A stretch of DNA of 64,000 nt from a virus, in the IMG/VR virus record IMGVR_UViG_3300044641_004856, positions 1 through 64,000 of that record; one strand, written 5' to 3'. Shown in pieces: positions 17,649-29,642 of this stretch (positions within the stretch are counted from its first letter, which is position 1; each line of letters starts with the position of its first letter). Below the pieces are notes generated by a model that did no database searches, was not told where the DNA came from, and worked only from the letters and a program-made list of their open reading frames with translations. Position numbers and translations under genes: made by a program.

Positions 17649-20354
17649 ATGCCTGGTTTTCTTGGTGGTAGTAGTGGAGGAAGTACAAGTTCTTCTGGTG
17701 TAGGCGGAGAAATCCAATTCCCATCGCAGTTTATTGACCCAGTAACTAAACTCCGTGTTTCACAACCTGAAACACTGATTGATACTGACTTTGAATATGG
17801 TCTACAGCCTACTAAGTGGGAAACTGTTGAACTTATTAACAACACTCCATCGTTCTTCTCAAAGAGCGGTGATACAACTATTCCTAACATTTCATCGATT
17901 TTATCTACAGAGCAATCTCGAGAAATTAAAGTTATTACCTCTCTTGCTCATGGACTTGCTGTTGGTATTCCTATCAACGTTGCTGGAACAAAGTCACTTA
18001 CAGCAAATGGTTCTTTCATTATTAACTCTGTCCCAACACCAACATCTTTTACTTATCTATGTAAGCAAAACCAAGCACAAACTGCTTCTATTGAAGACCT
18101 TTACACATCTGTTATTACAGGCGAGTTTTTCCAAGGTTCTCAGATTAGAATTTCAGACTCTGAAGGTATTAAAACAGATGCTGGAACTATCTCTACCCTT
18201 ACAGTTAAGACAGACAGCCCACATGGTTTTGGTTTAAACACTCCGTTTTACTTCCTTAACCTAAACTCTTCTATTTCTCAAGAGTTTGACTCATCTAATA
18301 CAACTGGTAAGTCTTTCGATGCTTCTAACTCATCTACTGCACAAACATTTGACGGCTCAAACACCTTAAACTACTTACCTATTAATGTCGATAACAAGGC
18401 AAGTACTGGAAATATTACAAGCAGTATTCTCTCTGTTGATACATCACAAGATACAATTACCGTCTCACACCAGACTGGCGAAACATTTGTAAACGCTGTT
18501 ATTGGAACTCCTCTTTACTACAACGTAGTTGCGGGTTCAGGTTACTTCTTTACCAATCCTCGCGGAGTTGTTTTTGTAAAATCAACAGGCACTCTCAGTG
18601 CGTCAACTGCTACATTTTCCGTAAGTGAGATTCCAAACGGAACTACTATTGACATTGTTGGTTCAATGACAGGAACTTTTCAATTAGCAAACCTTGCAAA
18701 AACATTTGCTGGAAATAACCAAGGATTAGAAGCACCTGTTACAGTCCAACTTGGAGACCCAAAGTCATTTGATGGTGCAAACACTGCGGGTGGCTCTGGA
18801 ACTATTTCATCATTTAGCGGTTCTTTGGTGAGTATGCTTTCCGACTCTGGAATCTCAGACCTTGATTGGTATAACGGCACTATGGTGCAGTACACCACAA
18901 CAGGAAATGCTGCTACAGGTTTGACAGCAAATGGAACTTACTTTATTGACACATTCTTCTTTAACAATACTCCTGGTCAATATTTCTTTACACTAAAGAA
19001 CTTACCAGGAACAGCAGGAAGCCCTATCACCTCCATGTCAGGTGGAACTGGAACTCAGAAGTTTAGACAAATTGGTGTTTCAGCAGACCTTGACATTGTT
19101 CACGTAAAAAATAATGGCTTTGTTGATAAGCAGATGATTAAATACACTTATCCATCAGGTGGTCGTTTTTCTACTCCAGGTACTGAAGCAAAAGATTTCT
19201 ACTTTGTGACTAATAAATACGATGACCACAACTTTAAGATGAATCACTTGTTGGCATCTATTCTTCCTCTTACTGCCTCAATTACTGGAGAAGCGGTAAC
19301 TAACAATATTGTTGCTGGTTCTCAGCAGACATTGACTGCTCAAGGATATACAGGGGCAGTGTCTTACACTATTTCCCCAGCATTGCCTTCAGGTTTAACA
19401 ATGAGCACATCTACAGGATTAATTAGCGGAACTCCTACTGGTGCTTACGCAATTACGCACACAATTACAGGAACAGACTCATCTGGTGCTCAAGCATTCC
19501 AGACAGTTAACATCAACTTTACTGCTCCGCCTCCACAGGGACAGACTCTTTACTCTTCCCCTGGAACATACACATTTACTGTCCCTGCCCGTACATCAAC
19601 GCTTTCTGCAGTTGCTATTGGCGGTGGCGGTGGCGGTTCTTACGTATGGTCTCGTGGTCCTGGCGGTGGCGGTGGTCTTGCTTGGGCAAGAGATATTGCT
19701 GTAACTCCAGGTGAAACATTTACAGTTGTAGTCGGTCGTGGCGGTAACATGTGGAGTTACTGGAGTGGTGATGGCTATGGGGATAACTCTTACCTACAAC
19801 GTAACTCTGGCGGTCAAATAATTTGTCGTGGTTACGGCTCTGGTCGTGGTGGTCCAAACTCTAACGGCGGAGCATCAGGTGGTTTTGATTACACTGGAAC
19901 TGGTGGTGGCGGTCGTGGTGGTTACACTAACTGGGAATGGAGTTACTCTGGTGCTGGTGCTGGCGGTTATGAGGGTCGTGGTGGTGAAGGCAGTTACGGT
20001 TATAACCCAGGTTATGGTGGTGGCGGTGCTGCTGGTACTACTTACTCCTCAACATGGGGAACTCCAGGTGGTGGAGGAACAGGAATTAATGGTCAAGGTG
20101 CTGACGGCGTAGGTCGCGGTTCAGGCGTAGGCGGTGGAGGCGGTTCTGGCGGTCAAAACGGCCAAAATGGTGAGCCTTACTACTCCTATTCACGTGGTCA
20201 TATTTACGGCGGTCAATACGGTGGCGGTGCTGGCGGTTCTGGCTCACAGTGGTACGGTGGCGGAAACGGCGGAGTTGGTGGAGTTCGTATTATTTGGGGA
20301 CCAAACCGCTTCTACCCAGCAACCAATACCCAAGACGTTACACCAACAAGTTAA
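17649..20354 (+). CDS. Modular virion fibre protein, part 1 (repeat modules, putative Ig domain, Gly-rich domain)
   Basis: KLRVSQPETLIDTDFEYG N-terminus; LPSGLTMSTSTGLISGTPT Ig motif; GGGGG-rich C-terminus ending GGVRIIWG. Confidence 0.75.
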   Translation: MPGFLGGSSGGSTSSSGVGGEIQFPSQFIDPVTKLRVSQPETLIDTDFEYGLQPTKWETVELINNTPSFFSKSGDTTIPNISSILSTEQSREIKVITSLAHGLAVGIPINVAGTKSLTANGSFIINSVPTPTSFTYLCKQNQAQTASIEDLYTSVITGEFFQGSQIRISDSEGIKTDAGTISTLTVKTDSPHGFGLNTPFYFLNLNSSISQEFDSSNTTGKSFDASNSSTAQTFDGSNTLNYLPINVDNKASTGNITSSILSVDTSQDTITVSHQTGETFVNAVIGTPLYYNVVAGSGYFFTNPRGVVFVKSTGTLSASTATFSVSEIPNGTTIDIVGSMTGTFQLANLAKTFAGNNQGLEAPVTVQLGDPKSFDGANTAGGSGTISSFSGSLVSMLSDSGISDLDWYNGTMVQYTTTGNAATGLTANGTYFIDTFFFNNTPGQYFFTLKNLPGTAGSPITSMSGGTGTQKFRQIGVSADLDIVHVKNNGFVDKQMIKYTYPSGGRFSTPGTEAKDFYFVTNKYDDHNFKMNHLLASILPLTASITGEAVTNNIVAGSQQTLTAQGYTGAVSYTISPALPSGLTMSTSTGLISGTPTGAYAITHTITGTDSSGAQAFQTVNINFTAPPPQGQTLYSSPGTYTFTVPARTSTLSAVAIGGGGGGSYVWSRGPGGGGGLAWARDIAVTPGETFTVVVGRGGNMWSYWSGDGYGDNSYLQRNSGGQIICRGYGSGRGGPNSNGGASGGFDYTGTGGGGRGGYTNWEWSYSGAGAGGYEGRGGEGSYGYNPGYGGGGAAGTTYSSTWGTPGGGGTGINGQGADGVGRGSGVGGGGGSGGQNGQNGEPYYSYSRGHIYGGQYGGGAGGSGSQWYGGGNGGVGGVRIIWGPNRFYPATNTQDVTPTS

Positions 20355-20367
20355 GGAGTGAGTAGAT

Positions 20368-23300
20368 ATGCCAATTAATATTACCGCAGCAGGTTTAACA
20401 GGAACTCATACCTTTACACCTACAAACATCAACACTGCTGACTACTACCTTTACTACCCAACCAATACGCTTGGTCAACCAACTATTCCTGAAGCACTTA
20501 GAGATGGTTCTGCCTTTATTTACAATACTGGTCTAGGAACAATTAATGGGCTTAGTGATAGCAGTTTGTATTACATCAAGCGTGTTGGAACTGCTCAAGT
20601 ATTTTTTAGCACAACTGCAGGTGGTTCTGATGTAGCACTAACAACTCCTACTGCAGGAACTGCGTTTTTTAATGCTCCTTATGTATACCAAAATAAACTT
20701 TCTATTGAGGCAACTCTTTCAGATAACCAAGCGGTTCGTTATGTAACAGATGGAACAGCAATTGGTGGGCTTACAAAAAACAACGTTTACTTTATTAAGA
20801 CCTCAAACACAGGTTTTGGTACAGCAAATGCTCTCTACACATTCTCCTCATTTATCTTTACAACTGCTGGAACTACTGGAAACGTAGGACCATCAATTTC
20901 AACTATTAAAGCGCACTCTAGTTATAGTGCTGCTTCTTGGAAGACAGACTACCTACAAGCAGGTAACTTCCAAGGTTATCAAGACTGGACAGTTCCAACC
21001 TCTGGTACCTACACATTTAACGTTCGTGGTGCTGCAGGTCTTAATGGTTCTGGTTCTGGTGCTGCAGGTCGTGGTGCGATTGTTCAAGGAAGAGTCTTCC
21101 TGCAAAAGGGAGAAGTCATTACTATTGTAGTTGGACAACGCGGAACTGCTGCTCGTTCTGGTTCAACTTACGGTGGTTCAGGTGGTGGTTCTTGGGTTGT
21201 TCGTAAATCAGGAAACGTCCCTCTTTTTGTGGCGGGTGGAGGTTCTGCAGATGCAGATACTACTAACGGTCGAGATGGTGCTCTTACAACTGCTGGTGGT
21301 CAATCTTCTGCTAGTGCTGATGGTGGCTCAAATGGTAATGGTTCAGTTGCAACTGGAGGTAACTCTGGTGGTGGCGGTGGTTTTTCTACCGATGGTTCTA
21401 ACGCAACTAACGGTGTTAAGGGCGGTGGCTCTTTTGCTACAGGTTTAACAACAACTGGTGGAGGAACTGTTGGTGGATTTGGTGGATTTGGTGGCGGTGC
21501 ATCTGCTGACGGAGACACAACTGGTCAATCTGGTGGTGGCGGTGGCTACTCTGGTGGTGCTGGTGCTCGCTCTAATGCTGCACGTGTTGCAGGCGGTGGC
21601 GGTGGTTCATTCATCGTAACTTCAGCAACAAACGTTGCAACCTCAACTGGTTCTTTCAACGGCTCAACATCTTGGGGAACAGAAACAATTACAAACCTCA
21701 ACTCTTGGAATGCTGATGCTGATGGTCAAGTAACAGTAACTTTAGTTGCTGCTGCTGCTGCAACAGTTACTTTGCACCCAACTGCAGTTGATGCAAATGA
21801 CGGAACAAACGGAATTACTTTAACTGCTGGGGGAAGCAAGTATCACGCTTTAGTTCCTCTACAGGTAGACTTAGTAAGTAATACTTTTTACTCACCATCT
21901 TTGCATGGTTTGAGTAACGGTGAAGCAGTTAAGTTTGTTACCAATGGAACTACTCCTGGTGGCATCACTGCAAACACAGCGACTTACTACGTCAATAAAG
22001 TTGACAATTATTCTTATAAATTAAGTACAACTCCGTCTCCATCATTTACTGATGTTGATGTGACAAGCCCTGGTGCTGCAAGTATTGAGCGTTTTGACAA
22101 AATTATTGTTAATACTGCAACCAATACGATTACTATTAACAACCACGGTTTCTTGGCTAATCAGCCTGTTAAGTATGCAGTCAATGGTGGAACTGTTATT
22201 TCTCCACTTGTTGATGGTGCTACTTACTACGTAAAGACAGTAGTAGATGCAAACCGCATTATCCTAAGCCAATCTTTGAATGGCCCAGATTTAGATTTAA
22301 CATCTGCAGGAACTGGAACTGGACACTCCTTTATCTTCGTTACAGTTAACGTTGAAGAAGACAGCCTTTACATTCCACAGCACGACCTATCAACTGGTCA
22401 AAGAGTTGTTTACTCAAGTGGTGCTGGAACAGTAATTGGCGGGCTTACAAACGGTGCTGCTTACTTCGTATTTAGAGTAGATGCCAACATTATCAAGTTG
22501 TCTACTGTTAAAACAGGAGCAGCGATTGTTAACCTAACAGGTCTAGGTACAGGAACTCACACTCTGACTGTTAACTCAGTTGATTTGACTACTGAAACAA
22601 TCACAATTCCAAACCACGGATTTACTACAGGTGAACTTGTATCTTACGATACAGCAGGACAAACACCACTAACAGGACTTGTTTCTGGTTCTCCTTACTA
22701 TGTAATTGCACCAAATGGTGATGAAATTAAGTTGGCAACAACTTATGACAACGCTATTAATGGAACAGCGATTAACTTAACAGGTGTTGGAGTTGGAAAG
22801 CACAGACTTTACTCACTCATCCGTACACCAGATGGTATCTACACAGTAGATGCAATTCCATCTACAACAACCTTTAATGTTAAAGCAAATGGTCTTGTAC
22901 CACTTATTATTAAAGAGTTTGTTCCTCGTTCTACTGTAGATACACAACAGAACGTATTTAAGATTCTAGGTCACGGTTTTATTACTGGAACCAAGGTTGC
23001 CTATAATTCAGGTGGAGGTTCATCAATTGGTGGACTTACTTCAGGAACTGACTACTATGTAATTAACGTAAATAAGGATTACATTAAACTGGCTTCTTCT
23101 GCAGATAATGCAATTTCTGGTACCCCTATTACTATCTCTGACTTTGGTTCTGGAAACAGCCACCACTTTACATCTGCCCAGATTAACGGACAGATTGTTG
23201 GTGCAGGTACAGTTTCTACTGAATCAGGCTCCGTATTGGTAGCAGGTTCTGGAACAGCCTTTGCTAAGATTCTAAAGGTGGGAGACAAGTTCCGCGTATT

Positions 23301-25962
23301 CCCATCCAATACAAACAAGTCCAACACCTTTGCAAGTGCTGCCTTTAATGCATCAACTAACGTTATTACAATCACTAGCCATGGATATTTAACTGGTGAC
23401 GTTGTTACTTACACAGCAGGAGCAGGTGGTGTTGCACCAACTGGTCTTGTTACAACATATAACTACTATGTTCGTCGTATTGATGCATCAAGCATTACCC
23501 TTCACAACACTTTAACTGATGCAACAAACAATACAAACCAGGTTGACTTTACAAACCAAGGAACTGGTTCTGCCCACAACCTAATTAACGTAGTTCCAAG
23601 AACTCCGATTATTAGAACAATTACTGCTATTGGTTCTGACACTCAGATTACAATTGACAGACCTTATAGCGAGGCTTACACAGGAGTTTCATACTCTTAC
23701 CCAACATTTATCTATGTTCGTCCTGAAGGATACTCTCTACACAGACCATTTGATGGTGGTGTGGAAATGTCCACAGGTGTAGGAACATCCTTCTCTCAGA
23801 TTGTTCGTCAGACTCGTAAGTACTTCCGTTACCAGTCAGGTAAAGGTATTCAGGTATCGTTTGCTATTAACTTTAAACCATCAATTGACCTTGAAACACT
23901 AACTAAGATTAGTGCGACAACTATTCAAGGTAAGACTCGTCGTCCACACGGCTTGTTAAATGGTCTTACAGTTGCAATTAAGGATGCTCTAAAGCCAGAC
24001 GGCACGATGAGCACTGTCTACAACGGTCTGTTCCAAATCTCCGTATTAGACCCTTACACCTTTACCTACATCTCTCCTGCAGCAATTCCTGCGGGTCAAG
24101 AAAAGTCTTATGGCTTTGCACACCTCTATGTAAACGCATGGCAAAATGGTGCTGTTCGTTCAGGTATGTTTGACTTCCAGAACGGTATGTACTTTGAGTT
24201 TGATGGACAGAAGATTTATGCAGTGCGTCGTTCTTCTACCCAACAGATTGCTGGAGTTGCTGCAGCACAACAAGGTTCTGAACTAGTATTTGGAACTGGA
24301 ACAGCATTTACCTCTCAACTAGCAGCAGGTGACATGATTGTTATGCGTGGTCAGTCTTACAAGGTTGCTAATGTTACAAGTGACACTCAAATTACTATTA
24401 AGCCTGAGTACAAAGGTGCATCAGGACCTATAAAAGAGTTTAATCCGCAAACAGTTGTTAATGCTACTGCTGACACCTTCACTATCTTAGGTCACGGTTT
24501 TGTTGAAAACCTTGCTGTTACCTACGACTCAATTGACGGCGTTCCAGTCGGAGGTCTTATCAACGGACGTACTTACTACATTAAAGTTATAGACAATAAT
24601 ACCTTTAAGTTAATGGGTACACCAAACTCTGTTTCAACGGTAGCACTTGCTGATACAGGTTCAGGAACTCTGCACTCATTCCAGCCTTCAAAGGCAGGTA
24701 TTATTATTACTAAGACTATCGATACAAGAGTTCCACAAGAGTCTTGGAATATCGATGTCTGCGATGGAACTGGCCCAACAGGTTATGTTCTTGACCTAGC
24801 AAAGATTCAAATGGCTTACATTGATTACTCTTGGTACGGTGCAGGAAAGATTCGTTTTGGATTTAAAGATGCAACAGGAACAGTCAAGTATGTTCACGAA
24901 TTTAAGCACAACAACGTGTTGTATGAGTCATACCTACGTTCAGGTAACTTGCCTGCACGTTATGAAGTAACCACTCTTTCTAACCCAACATACATCCCTT
25001 ACCTATTCCACTGGGGTACTTCGGTTATCATGGATGGTCGCTTTGATGATGACAAGGCATACCTCTTTACAGGAACTAGCCAGACGCTACAGATTCTTGG
25101 TACTACAGCCAAGTCATTTGGTTCAAGGGCTATTAACGTTTCAACTAACCGCGTTAACATCCCAACACACGGTTTCTCTAGCGGAGATGCTGTGACATTC
25201 CAGGGCTTTACCTCAGCAGGTATTGCTGGTGTAGTAAGTCAGAACCCAGGAACTGTAAACAACGTAGGCCATCCGTTCTCTCAAATGCAGAATCAACGGA
25301 CCTACTATGTTTGCCGTCAAGATGCTGACAACATTACCTTCCACAATACTCAAGCAGATGCTATTGCAACGTCTGGTACTTCACCAAACATTGTTCTTGG
25401 CACAAATCCTATTGATATTACTACTACAGGTAACACTCAGTACACCTTCTTTATCTACCCACTAGGTGCTGCAAATAACACCTCTGGTATTAACTACCAG
25501 CCACTTCTATCAATTCGCCTCTCTCCTTCAGTATCTGAAGGTTTGACAGGTAAGTTGGGTGACCGTGACGTTATTAACCGCATGCAGTTGACTATGAGTG
25601 AAATTGGTATCCAAACAACTCAGTTGGTGGATGTTAAGTTACTTCTCAACGGACGTTTGAACAACTTGAACTTCCAAGGAGTGCCACAGCCTTCTCTAAC
25701 TCAGACAATTCAACACACATCAAATGACACTATCTCTGGTGGTGTTCAGGTTTACAACTTCCGTGCATCAGGTGGTGCTTCAGGTAGTGAGAACTCAACT
25801 ACAGTTGATATTAGTGAGTTGTTCGAACTTTCAAACTCTATTCTAGGAGGAGACTCCGTGTACCCAGATGGTCCAGACATTCTAACGATTGCTGTGGCTC
25901 GTCTAACAGGTAACACCACTCTAACTTCTGCTAAATTATCATGGCGAGAAGCACAAGCCTAA
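20368..25962 (+). CDS. Giant modular virion fibre protein, part 2 (1864 aa)
   Basis: About 10 HGF.TG..V.Y...GGL..G..YYV modules; Gly-rich domain; RQTRKYFRYQSGKG / IDYSWYGAG / GNLPARYEV core. Confidence 0.8.
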   Translation: MPINITAAGLTGTHTFTPTNINTADYYLYYPTNTLGQPTIPEALRDGSAFIYNTGLGTINGLSDSSLYYIKRVGTAQVFFSTTAGGSDVALTTPTAGTAFFNAPYVYQNKLSIEATLSDNQAVRYVTDGTAIGGLTKNNVYFIKTSNTGFGTANALYTFSSFIFTTAGTTGNVGPSISTIKAHSSYSAASWKTDYLQAGNFQGYQDWTVPTSGTYTFNVRGAAGLNGSGSGAAGRGAIVQGRVFLQKGEVITIVVGQRGTAARSGSTYGGSGGGSWVVRKSGNVPLFVAGGGSADADTTNGRDGALTTAGGQSSASADGGSNGNGSVATGGNSGGGGGFSTDGSNATNGVKGGGSFATGLTTTGGGTVGGFGGFGGGASADGDTTGQSGGGGGYSGGAGARSNAARVAGGGGGSFIVTSATNVATSTGSFNGSTSWGTETITNLNSWNADADGQVTVTLVAAAAATVTLHPTAVDANDGTNGITLTAGGSKYHALVPLQVDLVSNTFYSPSLHGLSNGEAVKFVTNGTTPGGITANTATYYVNKVDNYSYKLSTTPSPSFTDVDVTSPGAASIERFDKIIVNTATNTITINNHGFLANQPVKYAVNGGTVISPLVDGATYYVKTVVDANRIILSQSLNGPDLDLTSAGTGTGHSFIFVTVNVEEDSLYIPQHDLSTGQRVVYSSGAGTVIGGLTNGAAYFVFRVDANIIKLSTVKTGAAIVNLTGLGTGTHTLTVNSVDLTTETITIPNHGFTTGELVSYDTAGQTPLTGLVSGSPYYVIAPNGDEIKLATTYDNAINGTAINLTGVGVGKHRLYSLIRTPDGIYTVDAIPSTTTFNVKANGLVPLIIKEFVPRSTVDTQQNVFKILGHGFITGTKVAYNSGGGSSIGGLTSGTDYYVINVNKDYIKLASSADNAISGTPITISDFGSGNSHHFTSAQINGQIVGAGTVSTESGSVLVAGSGTAFAKILKVGDKFRVFPSNTNKSNTFASAAFNASTNVITITSHGYLTGDVVTYTAGAGGVAPTGLVTTYNYYVRRIDASSITLHNTLTDATNNTNQVDFTNQGTGSAHNLINVVPRTPIIRTITAIGSDTQITIDRPYSEAYTGVSYSYPTFIYVRPEGYSLHRPFDGGVEMSTGVGTSFSQIVRQTRKYFRYQSGKGIQVSFAINFKPSIDLETLTKISATTIQGKTRRPHGLLNGLTVAIKDALKPDGTMSTVYNGLFQISVLDPYTFTYISPAAIPAGQEKSYGFAHLYVNAWQNGAVRSGMFDFQNGMYFEFDGQKIYAVRRSSTQQIAGVAAAQQGSELVFGTGTAFTSQLAAGDMIVMRGQSYKVANVTSDTQITIKPEYKGASGPIKEFNPQTVVNATADTFTILGHGFVENLAVTYDSIDGVPVGGLINGRTYYIKVIDNNTFKLMGTPNSVSTVALADTGSGTLHSFQPSKAGIIITKTIDTRVPQESWNIDVCDGTGPTGYVLDLAKIQMAYIDYSWYGAGKIRFGFKDATGTVKYVHEFKHNNVLYESYLRSGNLPARYEVTTLSNPTYIPYLFHWGTSVIMDGRFDDDKAYLFTGTSQTLQILGTTAKSFGSRAINVSTNRVNIPTHGFSSGDAVTFQGFTSAGIAGVVSQNPGTVNNVGHPFSQMQNQRTYYVCRQDADNITFHNTQADAIATSGTSPNIVLGTNPIDITTTGNTQYTFFIYPLGAANNTSGINYQPLLSIRLSPSVSEGLTGKLGDRDVINRMQLTMSEIGIQTTQLVDVKLLLNGRLNNLNFQGVPQPSLTQTIQHTSNDTISGGVQVYNFRASGGASGSENSTTVDISELFELSNSILGGDSVYPDGPDILTIAVARLTGNTTLTSAKLSWREAQA

Positions 25963-25974
25963 AAAGGAGCACAA

Positions 25975-26511
25975 ATGGCAATTATCAGACTGGGGGTTGT
26001 TAACCCTTCTGCAAACGTGGCGACTATTGCGTCCACGGTGGCTAACTCCCACCTTGTTTCCGTGATTATTGCTAACAGGTCTCTAAATGCTTCGCCTGTA
26101 ATGAAAGCAAACGTGTGGGTTGCTCCTCAAGGGGCTACCACTGTTTCTCAATACGCCTACGTCTGTGCTAACTTAATTGTTGGCCCAGGGCAATCTTTTG
26201 AAACATTTAGGTTTGCACTAAATGCAAACGATGTGCTTTATGTTTCATCAAATACTGATGATGCCTCCTTCTCTGTTTATGGACTTCTGCAATCAGAAGA
26301 TGTTGGTCCTGGAGATGCTTTCCAAACATTTAGAAACAAAACAATTCGCGGTAATGCAAACGTTATTTATGTAGACAAGGGCACAACTGCTCAACGTGAT
26401 AACACTACAGAGGTTGGGTATATTAGGTTTAATACCGATTTGAATAATGGCGAAGGAGCACTAGAAGTGAAGACAACAACTGGTTGGAAAACAGTAGGGT
26501 GGGATGCATAA
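25975..26511 (+). CDS. Virion structural protein, paralogous to the N-terminus of the next gene
   Basis: Shares [14 protein letters not shown] with 26512; GTTAQR...GYIRFNTD motif. Confidence 0.7.
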   Translation: MAIIRLGVVNPSANVATIASTVANSHLVSVIIANRSLNASPVMKANVWVAPQGATTVSQYAYVCANLIVGPGQSFETFRFALNANDVLYVSSNTDDASFSVYGLLQSEDVGPGDAFQTFRNKTIRGNANVIYVDKGTTAQRDNTTEVGYIRFNTDLNNGEGALEVKTTTGWKTVGWDA

Positions 26512-27990
<1,479 letters not shown>

Positions 27991-28012
27991 CATCACTACA
28001 ACTGGAGCATAA

Positions 28013-28591
28013 ATGACGGACTACCCAAACTGGTTTAAAGCAGGCGGAGCAGAAGCAAACTTTGAAAAGTTTCTCTCTTCTTATAAAGGCAAGCCTTTGT
28101 CATGCTTGCAAATTGGTGCGTATACAGGTGATGCTACTCAGTGGTTGTTCAGTAATGTGCTAACCCATGAAGAATCAACTCTTACTGATGTGGACACTTG
28201 GGAAGGCTCAGAAGAGCCAGACCATGCAGAGATGAACTGGCATAGCGTAGAAGAAACCTATGACTTAAGAACTCTGTGGCATCAAAATGATGAACGTCTT
28301 TATAAACGCAAAATGACTAGTGATGAGTTCTTTAGCAGGAATGTATCTTCTTTTGACTTCATCTACATTGATGGGGACCACAGGGCCATGTCAGTGCTTA
28401 AAGATAGTATGAACGCTTTGCTTTGTTTAAAACCTAACGGCATTTTGGCTTTTGACGATTATATGTGGTCTCTTGGTAAAGAGCCTTTCTATGACCCTAA
28501 ACCTGCAATTGACGCAATTCTTTCTTGCGTACCATCTCACGAATTCACGTTGTTAGAAAAGGGGCTACAAGTATGGATACAAAAAAACTAA
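28013..28591 (+). CDS. Class I SAM-dependent methyltransferase (Methyltransf_24-like)
   Basis: LQIGAYTG, VDTWEGS, FDFIYIDGDH and LKPNGILAFDDY motifs. Confidence 0.88.
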   Translation: MTDYPNWFKAGGAEANFEKFLSSYKGKPLSCLQIGAYTGDATQWLFSNVLTHEESTLTDVDTWEGSEEPDHAEMNWHSVEETYDLRTLWHQNDERLYKRKMTSDEFFSRNVSSFDFIYIDGDHRAMSVLKDSMNALLCLKPNGILAFDDYMWSLGKEPFYDPKPAIDAILSCVPSHEFTLLEKGLQVWIQKN

Positions 28592-29634
28592 AAATTGCTG
28601 TTTATGCAATTGCATTAAATGAAGAACAGTTTGTAGAGCGTTGGTATAACGCTGCTAAAGAAGCAGACTTCCTTCTGATTGCAGATACTGGTTCAACAGA
28701 TAAGACTATTGAAAAAGCCAGAGCATTAGGAATTAACGTTGTTGAGATTGCTATTGTTCCTTGGAGATTTGATGATGCACGAAATGCAGCCGTTGCTGCA
28801 ATTCCTAGAGACATGGACTATTGCATCGCACTAGATATGGACGAAGTTTTTGTGGCGGGATGGCGTGAAGAGTTAGAGAAAGTCCCTGAAGGGATTACTC
28901 GTCCACGTTATAAATACACATGGTCTTGGAATGCAGATGGTTCTGAAGGATTAACTTACAGTGGAGATAAGATTCATTCACGTAAGGGATACAGGTGGAC
29001 ACACCCTGTGCATGAAGTTATGCGAAATTACGGGATGGAAGAGACTCAATCATGGACTGGATTACAGATTCATCATTTCCCAGACAACACTAAGTCTAGA
29101 AGTCAATACTTCCCTTTGTTAGAAATGGCTGTAGCAGAAAGTCCAAACGATGACAGAAATGCACACTACCTAGGTAGAGAGTATTACTTCAATGGAATGT
29201 GCGACAAAGCAAAGGCAGAGTTACAACGACATCTTTCGTTGCCAAATGCTGTTTGGAAACCAGAACGTGCTGCATCAATGCGTTACATTGCTCGTTGTTC
29301 TGAAGGTGCTGAAAAAGAAGAGTGGCTAATGAAAGCACAAGAGGAATACCCTGAATCTAGAGAAGCCTTAGTTGAACTATCTGAGTATTACTACAGCATC
29401 AGTGATTGGCATGCTTGCCTTCGAATGGCAAAGAGAGCCTTAGACATAAAACAACGACCACTTGAATACTTAACAGACCCTAAAGCATGGGGTTACACAC
29501 CATACGATATGGCAGCAATTTCTTCTTATCACTTAGGTTTTAAAGAGGATGCCCTGACATTTGGACAAGAAGCACTTAACATAGAACCTAATGATGAACG
29601 TCTAAAACGTAATTTAGAGTTCTATTCTGCTTAG
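28573..29634 (+). CDS. Glycosyltransferase family 2 with C-terminal TPR repeats
   Basis: AIALNEE, DTGSTDKT, FDDARN, LDMDE (DxD), VHE; TPR-like helices; start moved to ATG 28573. Confidence 0.9.
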   Translation: MDTKKLKIAVYAIALNEEQFVERWYNAAKEADFLLIADTGSTDKTIEKARALGINVVEIAIVPWRFDDARNAAVAAIPRDMDYCIALDMDEVFVAGWREELEKVPEGITRPRYKYTWSWNADGSEGLTYSGDKIHSRKGYRWTHPVHEVMRNYGMEETQSWTGLQIHHFPDNTKSRSQYFPLLEMAVAESPNDDRNAHYLGREYYFNGMCDKAKAELQRHLSLPNAVWKPERAASMRYIARCSEGAEKEEWLMKAQEEYPESREALVELSEYYYSISDWHACLRMAKRALDIKQRPLEYLTDPKAWGYTPYDMAAISSYHLGFKEDALTFGQEALNIEPNDERLKRNLEFYSA

Positions 29635-29642
29635 GAGAGTTC

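Noticed and set aside
20340-20370. Stop-codon readthrough joining the two giant fibre genes
   Set aside because: Frames differ, and gene 2 has its own TAAGGAG RBS and ATG
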